Source: Trichoplax sp. H2 (lineage: Eukaryota). From it: DNA of 64,000 nucleotides. Below are positions 61,151 through 64,000 of this stretch, piece after piece. The notes under the pieces were generated by a model. The model did no database searches, was not told the origin of the DNA, and was given only the letters and a program-made list of their open reading frames with translations. A program made the translations under genes and the position numbers. Location of the stretch: NCBI GenBank assembly GCA_003344405.1, contig NOWV01000021.1, positions 496,001 through 560,000 of the forward strand, written 5' to 3'. The stretch's first letter is position 1; every line of letters begins with the position of its first letter.

Positions 61151-61523
61151 CAACTGACTCACTCGACTGTGGTACAGTAACAACTGACTCGCTCGACTGT
61201 GGTACAGTTAGACCTGACGTACAGCAACACTGACTCACTTGACTGTGGTACATTTAGACCTGACGTACAGCAACACTGACTCACTCGACTGTGGTACAGT
61301 AACAACTGACTCGCTCGACTGTGATACAGTTAGACCTGACGTACAGCAACACTGACTCACTCGACTGTGGTACAGTACAACTGACTCGCTCGAATGTGGT
61401 ACAGTTAGACCTGACGTACAGCAACACGGACTCACTCGATTGTGGTACAGTACAACTGACTCACTCGAATGTGGTACAGTTAGACCTGACGTACATCAAC
61501 ACTGACTCACTCGACCGTGGTAC
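61151..61523. repeat. Composite 30/46-bp minisatellite upstream of PPP4R3, rich in AP-1 and CRE-like sites
   Basis: Units ctgactc(a/g)ctcgactgtggtacagt, with or without tagacctgacgtacagcaaca; 6 TGACTCA and 5 TGACGTA counted. Confidence 0.93.
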
Positions 61524-63582
61524 ACTACACGTTGTTGTGTCACTTGTACAATAGAGAGCTTACACAGTTGAAAAAAAAAAAAAAAAATACCTTAATGGTG
61601 TCATTGGGGTGTTAAACATAGAGTCCAAATTGACACCTGGCGAAATTGCAGTTTTAGTTCAACTATACCAGTTTGAATCCGTTTATGACGATGAAGACTC
61701 GATAGTAGACAACTTTTGCTCTGCATTCGCTGCTATTGTACCATAGAGAAATAACATACGTACTCTACTGCACATTATCTGTATGGCTGCAGTGCCAGAT
61801 TGATTTTGTTCATAGAGATATCAAAAAATGTTTTCATTAACTTTTGGATTTTGTACAGTGCATCTTGCAATTTCTAGTTAGTGAAGGATAGTTTTACACC
61901 CCTCTCTCTTTTAGCAGTTGAGTAATCTCTATATCGTTTTTTTTTCTGCAGCAAGCCAGACCATAAAATTCACTATTCTACTGTATATCATATATATATA
62001 TATTGTCACAATAATTACTACATTATTTTATTTTTTGACCCGACCATTTATCTAGTGTTAGAACTACCATCAGGACTGCTACACTACTACTCATAATTTG
62101 GGGATTTTTATTGTTGTTGTTGTTAGTACTGCACAGTACTGTATTCATACCAATTTACTGTACTGTACTGTACTGTATTTCGGTTACGTAACTGCGACAA
62201 TCAGCTTTGGAAAGTACAGTTAGAACAAAATCATTAACGCTGCTATTACTGCATACGAATACTAGGGACTTTTCCATAATTATAAAATAATTTTATCCAG
62301 AAGTACCTGATTATTGAATTATCTATACGTGCAGTATACGGTATAGAAAAAAGCTGCATCATATATTGCAGGCGCTGCGCTATTCAATGATAATTACTGT
62401 ATGCAATTCTGGCTCTGCCAATATACTGTATGTAATAATCACTACTGAAGCCTTGAGTTGCGGCAGAGATTTCAATGGAAGCCATAGATAGAAAATAATA
62501 TAGTTTTATCTTTGTTCAATCATGACAGTCATACAGCAATACCCAATCAGGCTTAACTGCAGAAACTGCTCTTAAAGTACTGAAATTAGTGATTTTATGC
62601 ATCTTATCCTTTGCATCAAGCTCGTATGGCCAATCATATCGACTATTGTACACTGTACAGTAGAGGCTATTTTAAGCACCTTGTGCAGGACCGCTAATAT
62701 CTGTAAGGAATAAATCCAGTAAAGCATCGTGATGGACTACGTAGTAACCCATGATCAAAATTAATACTATAATTATTTATCAATACAGTACAGTGACTTC
62801 AAATTTATTTGCCAATTACCGCCTATACAAGTGTAATCGATTCGACGATATCATAAAAACTCATAATCAGACAAGGCAAGATGCATCATAATTCATAATC
62901 GTAAATTCCAGCTTATTTACCGTAGTATGCAATTATACAGTATACCATCTGTCGTAGGTTTGACAAGATGAATACTGAGAATATCAAGACACTAATGTAT
63001 ATTCGCATACTTTATTAAAATTGTTAATGCTGTAGAATTTTGATGTGGCTTTTCTATCCAAGAGTAATGTTAATTTCTCCATTAAGCGTATGCAGAAAGC
63101 AAACACTAATCTTTGTACATGATATATATCATGTATTATATAGTACAGTACTCATATGTATTAAGTAAGTAACAAAAGTTGGAGATTATGCAAAATAGAG
63201 AATGCAAATCTCGACCTATTGAAGAATCCTCAGCAGGGACTGAAATTGCATGGCAAACCTGTAATAAACTAAAATGCTTACACAGTATATAATGCATTAC
63301 ATTCTTAACTCATGATCAGATGACACCAATAACAATAAATACAAAAATTGAAGAAAAAAACTCATTTAATACTTGCTTTCGTTTTATGGAATCAAACCTG
63401 CATTCATTGAGAACTAGGAATTAAAGACTCATTGTACGTGAATTTAAAATTATAAAGCGATCTTTCCTTCCCATAGTTTTGTCAATTTATAAGTACGACA
63501 TCAAGTGTTCTCATCATCGGTTTTTTGTGTCTTTGTCGTATCTACCAATATACAAATCTGGAGATGAATAAAAGTACACCAT

Positions 63583-64000
63583 CTAAGAAATGCCTTCAAT
63601 GACATGAAAGAAATGATAAACTTCTTCTTTATCATAAACTGCAACTTCCGTAAAACAAACAGCACACTGCACAGGATGATATATTGTATCATTCTCTCCG
63701 AGCGTTGTTGAGCAAGGATTCCCCTCATTTGTTTCTGTATTATCCAAATTGACATTTCTTTTCTTCTTTCTACGACGGCTCTGCTTTTTATTAGCATATC
63801 GTAACGTTTGTTCTGTAAGAACATTGCAATTCGAAACAAACATTGCTCGAAATTGATCCTTGTATGTATCATGTCTGTAAAAGAATATTTTCAATACAAA
63901 GATCGGTTAAAGTCCGTGTGAACAACAGGAGGGACATAACAGACGAATTACAAACCTCTGGCAATCCCTTGTCAAAATGGACATGCAAGATGGACAGCTT
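63583..64000 (-). CDS. EAPP: E2F-associated phosphoprotein (EAPP_C domain), 3' partial
   Basis: Exons >64000-63956 (SCPSCMSILTRDCQR) and 63583-63874 (HDTYKDQFRAMFVSNC...IYHPVQCAVCFTEVAVYDKEEVYHFFHV). Confidence 0.9.

Noticed and set aside
61151..61523. CRISPR-like repeat-spacer array
   Set aside because: The intervening sequences are themselves repeated; eukaryotic context and no cas genes
62380..62700. Protein-like minus-strand stretch (YDWPYELDAKDKMHK...) between EAPP and PPP4R3
   Set aside because: Short, stop-interrupted, with no consistent splice sites or recognisable motif

Overview
AT-rich, gene-dense eukaryotic (animal) genomic DNA with many short spliceosomal introns. The style is consistent with a placozoan such as Trichoplax, but that assignment is inference. 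By hand-splicing GT-AG boundaries I reconstructed these intron-containing genes: an atypical HIPK/PRP4/DYRK-like CMGC kinase (+), cytosolic malate dehydrogenase MDH1 (-), an orphan basic/low-complexity protein (+), TBP (-), a DUF4200 CCDC42/CCDC197-like ciliary coiled-coil protein (-), a stand-alone Maf (ASMTL-N/YhdE-type) nucleotide pyrophosphatase (-), a candidate small single-pass membrane protein (+), CFAP36 (+), PPP4R3/SMEK (-) and the 3' end of EAPP (-). Most ORF-track entries are exon fragments or spurious. The most notable observations are: (1) a minor-spliceosome AT-AC intron next to a 15-nt micro-exon in the Maf gene; (2) a kinase with DFS instead of DFG and Glu in place of the activation-loop Tyr; (3) CFAP36 introns inflated by tandem arrays that copy their own splice acceptor; (4) a two-copy hAT-like MITE family; (5) a recurrent pattern of short tandem duplications and ACAGT-rich tracts at gene 5' ends. 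I found no prokaryotic systems, CRISPR arrays, rRNA or tRNA.
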